From: Diplonema japonicum
Lineage: Eukaryota > Protista > Euglenozoa: Diplonemea
Assembly: GCA_964019335.1 (NCBI GenBank)
Contig: OZ025682.1
Coordinates: 434,001-498,000 of the forward strand
Direction: 5' to 3'
DNA: 64,000 bases
Shown here: in pieces, positions 11,639 through 24,995 of the stretch
Layout: each line of letters begins with the position of its first letter
Position numbering within the stretch: position 1 is the stretch's first letter
The notes under the pieces: model-generated
The model's input: only the letters and a program-made list of their open reading frames with translations
What the model was told of the DNA's origin: nothing
Databases searched by the model: none
Position numbers and translations under genes: made by a program

Positions 11639-14600
11639 ATGGATTATGTTGCGGACATCGCGTTGCAAGAAATCGCGCTAGAGGGCCAGAGCGGGGTGAC
11701 CCTGCCGTCCCTGTGGGACCTTATAGAGAAAAGGATAGGTGCGTACATCTACGCAAACGAGGTGAAAAGAGCAATCTGGTCACGGCTGTGCCAGTTCGAC
11801 GGGGAACACATCGTAGTCCACAAGAAGGAGCATCATGACGGGCTCGTCTCATGGCCCAGAATAACAAACCCTGAGAAGGTACCATGGCACGAAGTCTCAA
11901 AGCCGGCCTACATCATCAAAGCATCTGTACGACTCCGCGTCCTGGCGTTGGGAATGGACATAGGCACATCCGGTGATCCATCGCAATCTGCAGAAGTGAA
12001 GAAACAAGCTTTTCGTATTCTCCAATTAATCGGCCAGTCCAGAATAGATGGCGTACGCCAGACTTCGTTGACATCGAGGATTGGAACAGACAGCTCGACT
12101 TGCAGTCTGCTCTTGCAGTACTCTGAATCTAGAAATTTGATTTCAAAGCTTAGCGTTCATGGTGGGAAGATGATCTTCATCAGAAGGCTGACAGAACGCA
12201 AATCGTGGCCGTTGTTTTACAACGGGTTCGGGTTTCTACAAGGCGCCACTGCGTCGCTCAAACGTAGCCAAGCATTGCGTTTGCTTCATTCGTCAACTCC
12301 AAGTCTTGTGAGATCCATGCTCGTGCAGTACAAAGGGAAGTGCGTTGCCAGTGCGAAAGTAGTTTCGTCCATCACCACCACTGTCTTAAAAGACATGCCC
12401 GGCATCGTTTCCATCTTGGGAGTGCAGCGGCTCCGACATGTGATTCTGCTTCATATCGCATCCGTTGTAACGAAAGATAAAGACATTGTCATGCAGTACT
12501 TATCTGACTCCAACAACAACATCGTGATCGTTCCTGCTGAGCAGGCCGACCCATCGCTTCGGGTAAAGAATACGTTCAGCACCGAGGCTGAGGAAGAAGA
12601 CGGTGACGCGCTGAAGGTCAGTATTTACCCCAACCGTTCGTTCCTCCCTTCGTTCTTGCACCGCATCATCGAGACGCCTCAGGGTGTGCTTAAGTCCGCT
12701 ACGTTGGTGCGTTGCTCGGCAAGGCCACAAATCGAAGCGGTCATGCCTGACTTGCAAACCATGCCAGGTGTCGAGATTTCTCACACGAACATCGGCAAAA
12801 CCCAGCACCAGGTTTTATATTCTCGAAGCGAATTTTTGGACGCCGTCCGCCACACGGGAAACTCGTACTTTTCTCTGCACGACCCCACGCTCTTCCCATC
12901 ATCGCACGTCCCCCCTCCAGAGGACCCTGTCACAGACGCTGCTAACAATGTCATGAAGCAAACCGTCGCGTTCGTAGGCACACCGCAGAGGAACAACCCG
13001 AATGACCGGCAGTATTTCCTGGGCAGTTCGTACCCCTCGTGGTGCCCGTCGATGGGCAAGGTCGGACCGCCGAAACTACAGTGGAAACCTGAAAGGCAGC
13101 CGCTGTCCCAAGAACAAAGCCTGAACTTGACCAAGACCCTTGACGACAAAGGAGAGGGCAAGCGGATCCTATACTGGGCCGGGCTGAATAAGAACAACGC
13201 GGCGCCCACCGAAATTCAGGAGAAGTTCGCGCAGTCGTACACAGGGGATAAGTCGTCGTCGGACGCTGCACTGGGCAACCTGACGTCGCGGTTCTTGAAG
13301 GAGGCGTTGGTCGAGAAGCTGAACGAAGCGAAAGCCATTTCGCACTACTGCGTGAGAAGCATCGTGAGGGAAAGCCGCCTGTTCAAGAAGATCATGTCGC
13401 ACCTGATGAAGGAGAACATCTGCACACACGACGTGTACACCGTTCAGGTGCTGGCATCGACGAAAACCGTCGATTTCTACGCCGTCCCTGGCTTCGAAAG
13501 GGACTCCAAAGATGGGAAGGCGTTCCTCGAGAAGCTGAATTCGATATACGTAAAGCACACTACAGTAGATGCTCGGAAGAAGGACGAAGTAGAGTTTGTG
13601 GAGATGGCTGTTAAGAACATCAAGGTGCCCGCGGAGTACGCAGGCGATGACGTTCAGGAGCTTCTGTTCCAACTGTCAAATATGAATACACTCAGGGTGG
13701 CCAAGCTCAAGGAGCAGCGAGAGACAAAAGCGAAACTGCTTGTCGAGGTCAAGCGATACATCAAAACCTTCTGGATCATCAAAAACGGCTTCATCACCTC
13801 GAAGATGATGAGCGTGCAAAAGCTCCATGACTACCTAACAAGCCTCACTCAAGTGGCGTCTTTCACCATCAAGGACCTCGTAGACGGCATGACCCTCAAA
13901 CGCTTCGGTCGCCTCATCGGTATGCCGGTCAACGTGACTGACATCACTGAGATCGAACCAGATCTGTGGAACCGACCTGTCGCCTTGCAGCCTAAAAAGC
14001 TTCTGGATTACATTTATTCGGAAGGAAAGGGCGCAAAGCTTCTGAGCCACTTGAAGATGTGTATCGATGTGCTGCTGTACCTTGGATTGCTGGAGAGGAA
14101 GACAAGAGCGTCGCACACTCTGCAGGATGAATACGCGTTGGCTTCGAAAGCGACGCTGAAGAAGATCGTGAGCGAAGAGGTGCAGACACTGTTGAAAATC
14201 AACCTAGACTTCGACTTCTCCACCGAGACGGGCGTCACGGAGTACTGGGAGAGGCTGCGAATGGTCCTATGCGACGAGACAATCGACAGCAAGGACCTCG
14301 ACCTATCTGTTCTCGGTGCGTACTCGCGGCAGAGCTACACATGGGACGGGGGGCTCCCCATCCAACAGATCACAGAGCGCCGTGTCAACGACTACAAAAA
14401 AGACAAAACCATTGACAGCCTGACACCCATTGACGCCTACAAGGTCTCACAACTGACAAACCTCAACTTCGCTCAGTCTGTGTCATGTCTCACAGAGAAC
14501 ATCCAGCTGCTCCGCACCTCTGTCAACACAGTGCACAAAACCATCGGTCTTCGCGTGGTCAAGGAAGGCAAGAAACGGAAGCTCGACAAAAACGCATCAA

Positions 14601-17437
14601 CCGAAAACGCAAAAAAGAAACCCCGAAAGAAGCCCAGCGAGAAGGAGACGCTCCTTGCCAACGAAGAGAAAGAAGAGGACGATGTGGAGAACAGCGACAG
14701 CGATGACGACACCCCAAGAAGTGTGAACAGGCGTCCTATCTGGGCATCTGCACAACAGGTATGCTTTGCCTTAGGCCGACACGAAACCCAACACAGCTTG
14801 TAAACCTGCTCGACGTGGTCATCAGGCACTCCTTCCACGATGGTCGAAACACGCTGAACACCTTCAGCAACAAAGGGCTCTTCTTGCTAAAGGCTACTAA
14901 AATGTCTGCAGTGGCTGAGGAAATGGGGTGGTCGGAGGCAAGGCTGAAGACTCGTTGGAGGTATGCCACACTTACTTATTCAAACAAATCGTTCAGGTAC
15001 ATATTAGGGAAGCCAGAGCTGAAGCTCCTGACGGAGTACGCTGTGCTGCTGCGTGAGTACAACAAGAAATGCGAATTTGATATCAACACGTCCTTGAGGT
15101 ATGCCGGACAACGTGGCATCTCCACACCACACACACAGGTCTTTCATGTCCGAGTCGTACGCCCCGTGCTTCCAGAGGGGGCGGAGAATGCCGAGCAATC
15201 GCTCCGACTTCATGTCCATGTACACAATCGTCAAGGAGCAGCGCTTCCAGCCATACGGGTACAAGGCCGACCACCGCCCAAAGGTCCGAGCTTCCATGGA
15301 GGCTTTGAAACTGCTGAACATGTGCCCCGAGGCACGGTACGACATGGTCATCGCACAGGGCCTCATGGAGGGCTTCTGTGACTCCCCTGACGCGACTGCC
15401 CTGCAAGATGGGCTTGATGCCATGACCAACAACAGCCACAATAACCTTCTGGCAAAGGTCAGAAGGGCACGTATGTTCCCCCCCTTTTTTTTCATAAAAA
15501 GAAATAATGACCACAGCCGGAACAAGAGGCCGACACTTCCAACTTACGCAGATCAGCGAAGATTGCTTGAACCCCAGGCACCGTGGTCTTGCGCACTACC
15601 AAGAGATGTGGGGTCTGGCTGGTGCAGTAGATGGGAAAAAGTCGTACACCCCCCACCCTGTGCTCTCGGGAGGGCAGGTAGCATACATTGTGGACGAGTT
15701 GGCAGCGGGGAGCTTGTCGCTGATCCCGCAGGAGTACGATGGCGTGCAGGTCAACCCCATGCAGACCCCCCTGCAATTTAAGAGAGCGACGATCGCGAAG
15801 GTGATGGCAGCTTTCTTCAAAAATGCAACGCGTGCGCAGAAGGTGTACTACATACCCGACGGCATCATGTGCGCCCCGTCGGAGAAAGGTGAGGATGTCA
15901 CCCTCGTTGCTGAGGTGGAGCAAGACAACGACAACCCTCGGGTGACCTTTTGCGCTGGGTTCTTCAACCTTTGGAAGACCGGCGACGAGCCCGTGTCATT
16001 GAAGAAACCCTTAGTGCGCACTGCTTACGAAGCCTTCGGTGACAGATCCTTTGACGCAGAGAACCATGAGTACATCGTGACGCAGGCGGAACACTCCGAG
16101 ACTGCTACCTTGTTCGACTCCATAGAGGACATGTCCTTCTCGTTTACACCAGAAGACCCCGCCGACCTGCCTGACGAAGCTACATGGATCGAACCGTCAG
16201 AAGTACCTGAAGAGGACCACCCCATACAGCTTTTGGAGGAGTTGGTGAAGCCCGAATGGCTTGATAAGCCATGGAACAGTCCTGACGGCAACGCAGGAAA
16301 CGCTTTCACAAAGCTGCTGAGCACACCGGAGGCCGTCGCGCTGTACATGCCGAACGGGAAGGCGTGCTGCCCGAAGTTGTTGAAGGCCATGTGCGCGCTC
16401 GTCCTGAAGGCGGTGTCGCTGAGCAGCAGTGCAAGAGGGCTGCGATTGAGTGAGTTCAAACCCGTCATCCTCGCTGGCCTGAGGGAGGCAGCGCCTGATG
16501 CCCCGCATGGGTTGGCAGATGAGGTTGCATGCTATCTAACAACACCTGTGTCAGCTATTCTGTCGAGCACGAAGAGTGTGGTGGTGATACCCTCTGCGGC
16601 AGACGGTGACGACCAACACCTTTCACTGGCTGTGGGGAGAAGTTGCTTGTTCCCAGTGCAAAAGGTGATCGCAATGCGGGCGAGGAATGAATACGCGAAG
16701 AGCACAATCAAACCTGCAGGCATGATGCGTGTAGCTGTGCTGGCAGTGGCGGCCATTGCACATGTGGAGATGCAAGGTGCAAAGCATGCCGCGATCGTTG
16801 CAGCAGTGCTTGCTATCGTGCAGCTAGGAAGCAAGCTGGACAACTTCAGCGGCGGGTGTGTGACAGTAGTGGGGGAATCAAAGTCAAAGCTGGGAAGGAA
16901 AGCAAAAGAGATTTTGAAGGGGAACGTCATCGATGCGTCGACGTCGGAGAAAAACAAGAAGAAGGACAGCAGGTACAGAAAGGACTATGCTTCCCTAAAG
17001 GGCCAAGATGGGTTGGAATCCGTTGCCAGGCCCATGTCCGCTCTGCTGACGATGGAGGGATCCATCAATCATGCCGTCGTGGCAAGAGTTTCCCTCGCAC
17101 TTTACGACTTCCTGAGCGTGTCGCCAGGTTCCTCCTCCGATGCACTTTATGAGGCCTTCCCTTTCTTCAGTCGGAAGACTATCGATGACGTCCTCCTCAA
17201 CCTCCAGTGCACTGGTGTCATCCGTGCTGAGGCGTGCCCTGCACCTCCATCGTCCTGTCCTGCTTCCCTCTTTTCCGACTTTAATGTATGTCAAGAAAAT
17301 AAGAAATGGAAGGAGGGAGAAAAAAAAAAGAAAAAAAAATACAGCTGGTCAAGATGACGGAATGTTACTACGCAATACCTGGGACTGTGAAGAAGCTTGT
17401 TCGGGTTGCAGACCAAACCCATGTAGAACAGCAGTAA
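11639..17437 (+). CDS. GTF3C1: TFIIIC B-block-binding large subunit (GTF3C1/Tfc3/tau138-like); introns 14759..14796, 14961..14996, 15099..15138, 15471..15516, 17286..17344
   Basis: N-terminus ALQEIALEGQSGVTLPSLW and winged-helix ILQLIGQSRIDGVRQTSL are typical of this family. Five GTATG..AG introns join the ORFs into one frame; the 36-nt second intron is in frame and less certain. Confidence 0.8.
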
Positions 17438-17889
17438 AGAAAAAAAAATCAAAACGACAACAGAAAAAAAATGCAGAAAAATAGGGGGTTAGAATTTTTA
17501 AAAAAAAGAGAAAGCGAACGAAAGTTTTTTTTTTAAAGAATACGGTTTTTTGAGTAAAAGGAAGAAAAGAAAAAGAAAAAAAAGAGTACCGGTCAGAATT
17601 TTCTCCCTTTTTTTTATAGGGGGGGTGACAACAGAATGAGAATGGAAGGGGTAGAAAAGCGAGTAGAAGAAATAAAAACGAAAAAAAAAAGAAGGGGGAA
17701 AAAAAAAAGCAAATGTATTTGTTCTCCCCTTTTTTTCTTTTCTTCTTCCCATCAGGGTACCAAAAAAAAGAAACCCTTCTTCATACGTCGTTCTTTAGCT
17801 CGATTTACCTGGATCCGCTTATCGGGAAGTTTATCAAGATCTACACCATCGACAGTCTTTCTTGACACCTTTTTACTACACACAACAAA

Positions 17890-18945
17890 ATGTTAAAACG
17901 CCTCGCACTCCCAATGCTGCTTGCGGCATCAGGTGTGGATAGTCACGGGTACGTGAAGGTTCCTGCTTCAAGGAATTACATGTGCAGGACTGGGGGGGAG
18001 AACCAGAACTGTGGTGCTGTGCAGTACGAACCTCAGAGTGTGGAGGGCCCTGACAGGTACCCCATCAGTGGCCCCCCTGACGGGACACTGGCTGCAGCTG
18101 GGAGCGACAGATGGACACCGCTGAACGAGCAGTCATCAACAAGGTGGGCCAAGACAGCGGCATCAGCAGGGAAGACGGACTTCACCTGGTGGTTCCAGGC
18201 AAACCACGCGACCCTGGACTGGCGGTACTACATCACGAGGGACGGGTGGGACCAGAACGCGCCGCTTGCAAGGAGCAGCTTCGAAGGGACACCCTTCTGC
18301 TCCGTGATGGGCAACATGAAGAACCCTGACATCCTGACGACGCACTCCTGTACCCTCCCCTCCAAGGCGGGTTACCACGTCGTCCTCGCCGTCTGGGATG
18401 TCGGTGACACGGCCAACACCTTCTACAACGCCATCGACTTGGACTTCGGTGGTGGTGGTGGTCCCGTTCCTCCTGTCCCTGTCCCCCCTGTCCCTGTTCC
18501 CCCTGTCCCTGTTCCTCCGGCATCATGCTCGCGTGTGATCCCTCTGTGGGGTGCCTGTCTCAACGAAATGAACTGTTGTGCGACTGGGTCCGTGTGCTAC
18601 CAGCAGAGCCAGTGGTATGCGCAATGCATCCCACCGACCACGCCCACGCCCGACACGCCCCCCCCGGCTACCCCTCTTCCCACACCTGTTCCCACACCCT
18701 TACCTCCAACACCCGTTCCCACACCCTCGCCGCCGACCCCTGTTCCGACTCCGTCGCCGCCGACTCCTGTCCCTACACCGCCGCCATCCCCTGGCAGCTG
18801 CTCATTTGTTGTTCCTCTGTGGGGCAACTGTTTGCAGACTCCGAGCTGTTGTGCTCCTGGAGCTGGGTGCTACAAGCAGAGCAGGTGGTACGCACAGTGC
18901 TTGAAGCCCGAGGCCAACTACTGGGGTGGCGAAAAGATCGGTTAA
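17890..18945 (+). CDS. Secreted AA10 lytic polysaccharide monooxygenase with Pro/Thr linkers and two CBM1-like modules
   Basis: Signal peptide then mature His1 (HGYV, codon at 17944), YEPQSVEG, second His (ANH) and FYNAID. Two W-G-x-C...C...WYAQC modules. No introns. Confidence 0.92.
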   Translation: MLKRLALPMLLAASGVDSHGYVKVPASRNYMCRTGGENQNCGAVQYEPQSVEGPDRYPISGPPDGTLAAAGSDRWTPLNEQSSTRWAKTAASAGKTDFTWWFQANHATLDWRYYITRDGWDQNAPLARSSFEGTPFCSVMGNMKNPDILTTHSCTLPSKAGYHVVLAVWDVGDTANTFYNAIDLDFGGGGGPVPPVPVPPVPVPPVPVPPASCSRVIPLWGACLNEMNCCATGSVCYQQSQWYAQCIPPTTPTPDTPPPATPLPTPVPTPLPPTPVPTPSPPTPVPTPSPPTPVPTPPPSPGSCSFVVPLWGNCLQTPSCCAPGAGCYKQSRWYAQCLKPEANYWGGEKIG

Positions 18946-19468
18946 GGAGAGTGAATACCTGTCCTGAAGTTTAACACCAAGCCATGTCTTTGCTCGAGAA
19001 CACTGCGTGCTATGACACCAAGGCTTGTGTTTCTTTCTGATAAAAAACGTGTTTATTTTAACGGCTCCTTTGAATTCTCTATTAGAAGTACTTATCCATC
19101 CCACTTTACCTAAATTTGTTTTTGACATTTTTCTCCCTTATGCTCTCAGTCCTCCAACACACGGTCACAAGGATCGTAGGACACCTATTCTTATTCTTCT
19201 TTACCTTGATAAACGATTTATGAATAAAAGAAAACCGGCTGAAAAAAACAAGAAAAGAAAAGGAAACTTGTCGATTCTCTTTCTTTTGACTCTTGTCCAC
19301 CCAAAATGTCACCTGAAAGATTGAATGTTTCATCTTGTTTTTTTTTTTTTTTTCTCTATTTTTATTTCACCGGGAACCCATATTTCTTCCTCCCTGTTTT
19401 AACTTTGCTTTGCAATGGTTCCACCCCCTCTCCTAATGAATTAATTCTATTTAAAAACAAAGGAGACA

Positions 19469-20413
19469 ATGCAGGGGTTTTCCTTCGGGGAGCCCTCCGA
19501 GAGGACACCGCTACTAAGGGATGATCTCGCGTCGTCCGCCTCCGCAAGCATGAGTCCAGATAAGTTTGGGGGATCAAGATGGAGTGTAGTCACCACTCCT
19601 GGAGCAGTACCGAGCCGGTCTGCTCATGCCGTCCAAATATCAAAACATCTCCCTACCAGCGAAGTACTACCTGACGGCCATCTTCATGACTGGATGGAGG
19701 ATACCAAGTGGAGCACCATTGGCAGAGAACGTGTAATCAGAAACGTGGGAGGAACCATCTACGAGGCATGGTACAGAGTGCAAGGTTGGGTCGCTGTACT
19801 AATAATAGGTGTCCTTGTAGGGACGATAGGAGCCATGATTCATATCAGCGCACTGTGGGTGCATGGTTTAACCCGTGGGGTGTGTGTGGACGCGTGGTAC
19901 CTTCCTGCTTTGTACTGCGAGGTGTGGGGGTACAGCAGTGAGCCTCCGAACGGTTTCCATCACTGGCCCACCGTCCTTGGGGTGTCTGGTACTAGCTTTG
20001 GGAACAAGCTTGCTGCGTTTTTATATGTATTCATGTCGTGTTTGCTTACGCTGATCGCGTCGTGGCTTGTCGTCAATCTGGCGCCAAAGGCAGCCGGTGC
20101 GGGTGTCCCTGAGATCAAGACCATCCTCGGCGGTGCTGAAATCAACGGTTTCTCCACCGTCACAACTGGTCTTGTCAAGTGGGTCGCGTTGGTCTTTGCT
20201 GTAGGAGGCTCGCTTTCCATTGGTAAGGCAGCGCCTCTCATGCACGTTGCTTTCAACGTTGGTGATTGTGTGGCCTCCTGCTTCGAGAAATACAGGAACT
20301 CCATGGGCAAGAGGCGAGAGCTGTTGACCTCTGCAACGGCTGCCGGTGTGTGCGTTGCTTTCGGCGCACCGTTGGGCGGTGTGCTTTATGCGTTTGAAGA
20401 AACGAGTATGTTC

Positions 20414-20446
<33 letters not shown>

Positions 20447-22186
20447 GAAAATATTGTATTCTCTCAGGCACTTTTTTCTCCGCGCAGACCCTCGTGCGCA
20501 GCTTCACGTGCAGCGTCATCGCGGGTGCGACCCTACAGGCATGGGACCCTTTTTTGCACGGAAAGCTCACGTTGTTCGCAATCAACTACCATGTTGCTTG
20601 GTATGCTGCCAAAGAAAAGTATAATAAACCCCCCCCCCCCTTTCCACAGGAAATTATGGGAACTCCCTTTCTTCGCGCTTGTCGGTGCCCTGGGAGGACT
20701 TGTGGGCCACAGCTTTAACATGTATGGGGGAAAATAAAAAATTGCCTTTTTTTTAAAAAAAAACTACCCCAGAATCCATTTGAAAGTGGCTTCGTGGCGA
20801 AAAACGCGCACCCCCATAAACCCAATAATGGAGGTCTTTGTAGTAACACTGGTAACAACGGTGCTGCAAGTGTACATGCTGCCGTCGGGGTTTCATAGGA
20901 CCGACGCGGAGTACCTGCAGATGTTATTCAGGCACTGCGACTCGGAAAGCGACGTGATAAGGTGCCCGATGAATCTGACGCTTGCGGTGACGCTGGGGAT
21001 TCTGAAATTCTGGCTCACAGCCTTGAGCTTTGGGATGATGGTGCCTGCAGGGCTGTTTATGCCAAACCTTGTCATCGGAGCCTGCATGGGGTGGACCTTC
21101 GGCACGCTGTTGGACGACATGGTCAGCGACAACCATCTCATGTTCCGCACCTTCACAGACTGCACCGCGCAAGACCTCAACTGCGTCGTCCCCTCTGTGT
21201 ACGCCATCGTCGCCGCCACCGCAGTCATGGGCGGTGTCAACAGAATGACACTCTCCCTTGTTACAATCATGTTCGAGCTCACAGGAGGTCTTGAGTACAT
21301 CATCCCTGTCACGATCGGCGTAATGTGCTCAAAATGGGTTGCAGAATGGCTTGGCGGGAAGGAGTCCATTTACAATAAGCTGATGGATGTCAAGGGGCTT
21401 CCATTCTTAGACCCACGGTTTGAGGGAAGAATGGACATCACAAGCCACGCGTCCATCGGGGAGATCATGTCACTGTCGACAGCCGACCTCCCACTGCTGT
21501 ACGAAAGAATGACCACAAAGGAGACGCTGGAGGTGTTGAAAACGTCAGCAACAGGGTTTGTCATTGTGAAAAACGAGATGGATCATCGTATTGTTGGGTA
21601 TATAAGTAGACGGCAGCTGTCAATGGCGCTGGAGGACCTTGATGGGGAGCTTTCTGAGATGGGGATGATGGCGCAGGACGACATCCCTGTTGTCTTTGGT
21701 GCGAATGGGAACATTGCCCCGGAGACCCCGAAATTCTTAATGAAGAGAACGCCGTCGGTTCTCAGGTCTGATTCGTCTCAAGTCAGCCGGTTCGCCTACG
21801 ACCTGCACGGCTACGTTGACCACTCGCCCGTGACCGTCAGGAAGGAAGTGGAAGTGGCTCGTGTTGTCCTCATGATCCGCAGGCTCGGTCTTACTACTAT
21901 CCTCGTCGCAGACGAGAGCAACATCCTCAAAGGCGTTCTTACGAAGCTCGAAGTTATTAAGCATCTCCACAAGGTCCACGAGTACAGCGAGCGGGCTGAG
22001 CGTGAATACGCAAGCTGTCCGCGTGGTCCTCCGCTGGCTTCTAGCACCAAGGACCACCCCAAGGGGGGCTTCCATCAATCCGAACTCGAGGCAGAAGTGC
22101 ACAGCATTTCCGAGCTCGAACATCTCCCCGCCCTACCCCCTGCTGCTATGATTATTCGCCGAAAATCGGCACGGCCTAAAAAGTAA
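19469..22186 (+). CDS. CLC-family chloride channel/transporter (CLC3-5/Gef1-like) with two CBS domains; introns 20406..20467, 20601..20649, 20722..20772
   Basis: GAGVPEIK, GKAAP, FGAPLGGVLYAFEE, PAGLFMP, MFELTG, SIY and C-terminal CBS repeats. Three GTATG..AG introns restore the frame. Confidence 0.93.
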
Positions 22187-22377
22187 TCCCTCCCCCTTTA
22201 ATTTTGGTGCTAATCCTCTTTTTCGAGAAAGAAAATGTACAAGGAAGTGGAGGGAAAGGGAACAGGGGATGAGGGGCTTTTTCAATTTTTTAAACTGAAG
22301 AATTCGAAACGCTATGTTGTATTCCATCCCTCCTTCCCCCCTAATTTACTCAAAACACACCCACCCTACCAGGATCG

Positions 22378-23271
22378 ATGACCACGCGGTACTGCTTCAC
22401 CCCCGAGGGGGTGTCCCCTGTGCGGTCACCGTCCCATCGGCCGAAACCTCTCAGACGGAGCATGTCGCCAGAGAGAACCGTAGTCCCGAAGATGAATATA
22501 CACAAGAAGTGCAGGGAGGAGGTGCGGGCCCTGCTGAGGGAGAGGGATGCCATGGTGTCGGAGTACGAGCAACGTTTGGACGAGAAGGAGAAAACAATCT
22601 GGGCGCTGCAAGAAATGCTCGACACACGGGACCAAGAGATCATGGACCTGAAGACACAGGGGTTGTACTTCCGAGACATCGCAAGCGTGGCTGGCGACGA
22701 CCTAGCAAAGGTGCTTGAAGGGGCAGAGAGGAAGCTCAACGAGGCTTCCGACGCAAAGAAAGAGTACAGAAAAAAGCTAGGCGCTGAGCGGGAACTCATG
22801 AAAGCCGTTATGAAGGAGTTGAAAAACACGAAGGGGATATGCAACGAGGTGTTACAGGTCAAGGATGATGAATTAAAAAGACCACCTGTTGAAGAAGCAG
22901 AGACAGTAACAGCAAAGGTACAGGACGTCATCTCGTTATTTGAAAAGCAAATGGATGAGATGCACGCTGCAATACTGTGCCTTGAGCAACGTCTCGCTGA
23001 CCAGGAAGACGAAGCGTGCAACCAGGTGAACCTCCTCCGGAAGCAGCTAGAGGAGAACGAGGAGACCATGGAACAGCTACGATCCTCTCTTGCTGCCTGC
23101 CACGACAGTAGAAGGTCAGAGCTTCAACGTCTGCGCGCCTCGTACGAGAAGCTCCTTGCGGAGCGAGGTGCCTCCCCTACCCGCCATCGTTCCCCGTCGC
23201 CCCCCGCCATGACCAACCCCAAGCCGTGGATACCCACAGGGGGAGGTCTTATCTACGATGAGACAAATTGA
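22378..23271 (+). CDS. Coiled-coil protein of unknown function
   Basis: 297-aa ORF with heptad-rich E/K/L/R composition, flanked by SP-rich termini. Confidence 0.75.
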   Translation: MTTRYCFTPEGVSPVRSPSHRPKPLRRSMSPERTVVPKMNIHKKCREEVRALLRERDAMVSEYEQRLDEKEKTIWALQEMLDTRDQEIMDLKTQGLYFRDIASVAGDDLAKVLEGAERKLNEASDAKKEYRKKLGAERELMKAVMKELKNTKGICNEVLQVKDDELKRPPVEEAETVTAKVQDVISLFEKQMDEMHAAILCLEQRLADQEDEACNQVNLLRKQLEENEETMEQLRSSLAACHDSRRSELQRLRASYEKLLAERGASPTRHRSPSPPAMTNPKPWIPTGGGLIYDETN

Positions 23272-23368
23272 AAAACAGTAGTTTATTTACCTGTTGTACT
23301 TTTTTTTTGTATTTTTATCTTGTCGGAGCGTAACGTATTTTCTTTTTCCACCAAGGAACACCGACACC

Positions 23369-24995
23369 ATGGCCAAGACCTTCACCGTCGAGGATGTTGC
23401 CGCCCACAACAAGGAGACCGACATGTGGATCATCATTGAGAACGAGGTGTTTGACATCACAAAGTTCGTGAAGTTCCACCCTGGTGGTGTGGCGGCCCTG
23501 ATCCCATACGCAGGGAAGGACGCCACGGAGCCCTTCTACGGGCTGCACAAGATCGAAGTGCTGAAGAAGTACGAGAGGTTCAAGATCGGGAAGATCGCAG
23601 GGAGCACCAAGAAGAGCAGTCTTGAGAGGTACGACCCTATTGGGGCCATCCCTGTCCCGTACAGCGAGCCCTCGTTCCTTCAGGGGCTGCCTTCGCCGTA
23701 CTACAACGACAGCCACATTAAGCTGAGGGACGGTGTGGCAGAGTTCAGGGAGCGTGTTTTGAAGCCCATTGCCGAGCAGCACGAGAACGCCGGGAAGCTG
23801 CCTTCCCCCGAACTGTACAAGCAGCTCGGAAAGGAGGGGATCCTCGTGTGCAGGCTTGGCCCCGGCCCTTGGCTGAAGGATGCTGTTGAGAAGTACGGCA
23901 TCACCCTCCCTGGTGGCGTGAAGCCTGAGTCGTACGACTACTTCCACGAGATGATGGTCCACGATCAGATGATCAGGTTGAACTCGCCATCCTTCGGGGC
24001 GGGGCTTGGTGACGGGTTCGTCATCGGGCTGCCGCCTGTGCTGCACTTCGCGCAGCCGGCCTTGAGGGACAGGATTGTACCTGCTGTGCTTAAGGGCGAG
24101 AAGAGGATCTCCTTGGCGATCAGCGAGCCGCAGGCAGGGAGCGACGTGGCGAACTTGGTGACGACGGCAAAGAAGTCCCCGTGCGGGAAGTTCTTCATTG
24201 TGAACGGCACGAAGAAGTGGATCACGAACGGTCACTTCTCCGACTACTTCACAACTGCGGTGAGGACGGGCGGGAAGGGGATGTTCGGGGTCACAATGCT
24301 GTTGATTGAACGCTCTGAGGGCGTCAAGACCACACCCATCTCCACCTCCTACGGCCACTGCGCGGGCACGGCTCTTGTGGAGTTCCACAACGTGAAGGTT
24401 CCCGTCGAGAATGTCCTGGGCCGCGTGAACCAGGGCTTCAGGTGCATCATGTACAACTTCAACCACGAGAGGTGGATGATCATTGTACAGGTCGTCGCGT
24501 CCATGAGGGCTGTTCAGGACCAGACCTTCAAGTGGGCGTACCAGAGGAAGGCCTTCGGGAAGAGGCTCACCGAGCAGCCTGTCATCAGGCAGAAGCTCGC
24601 TAAAATGGTCTCGCTCACAGAGTCCATGTGGTCATGGTTGGAGCTCATCACCTTCCAAATGAACAAAATGGATTTCAAGGACATGATGGAAAAGCTTGCT
24701 GGCCCTCTTGCGCTGTTGAAGTATCAATGCACAAGGGCCGCACTCCAAGTGTCGGACGAGGCAAGCCAGATCTTGGGTGGCCGTGCCATCACGAAGTCTG
24801 GTATGGGCAGGGCCATCGAACAATTCGGGCGTACTATCAAGGTAATGTAAAATAAAGGGGGAGGGATCATAATAACAATGGGAAAAAAAAAAAAAAAAAC
24901 AGTATGGTGCCATTCTTGGAGGCTCTGAGGAGATTATGGCCGACCTGGGTATCAGACAGGCATTGAGGAGCTACCCCAAGCACGCTAAGCTTTAG
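23369..24995 (+). CDS. Cytochrome b5-acyl-CoA dehydrogenase fusion with PTS1 (-AKL); intron 24842..24902
   Basis: b5 motifs HPGG and AGKDAT. ACAD motifs LAISEPQAGSD, NGTKKWIT, NHER, ILGGSEEIM. The last exon ends PKHAKL*. Confidence 0.93.
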
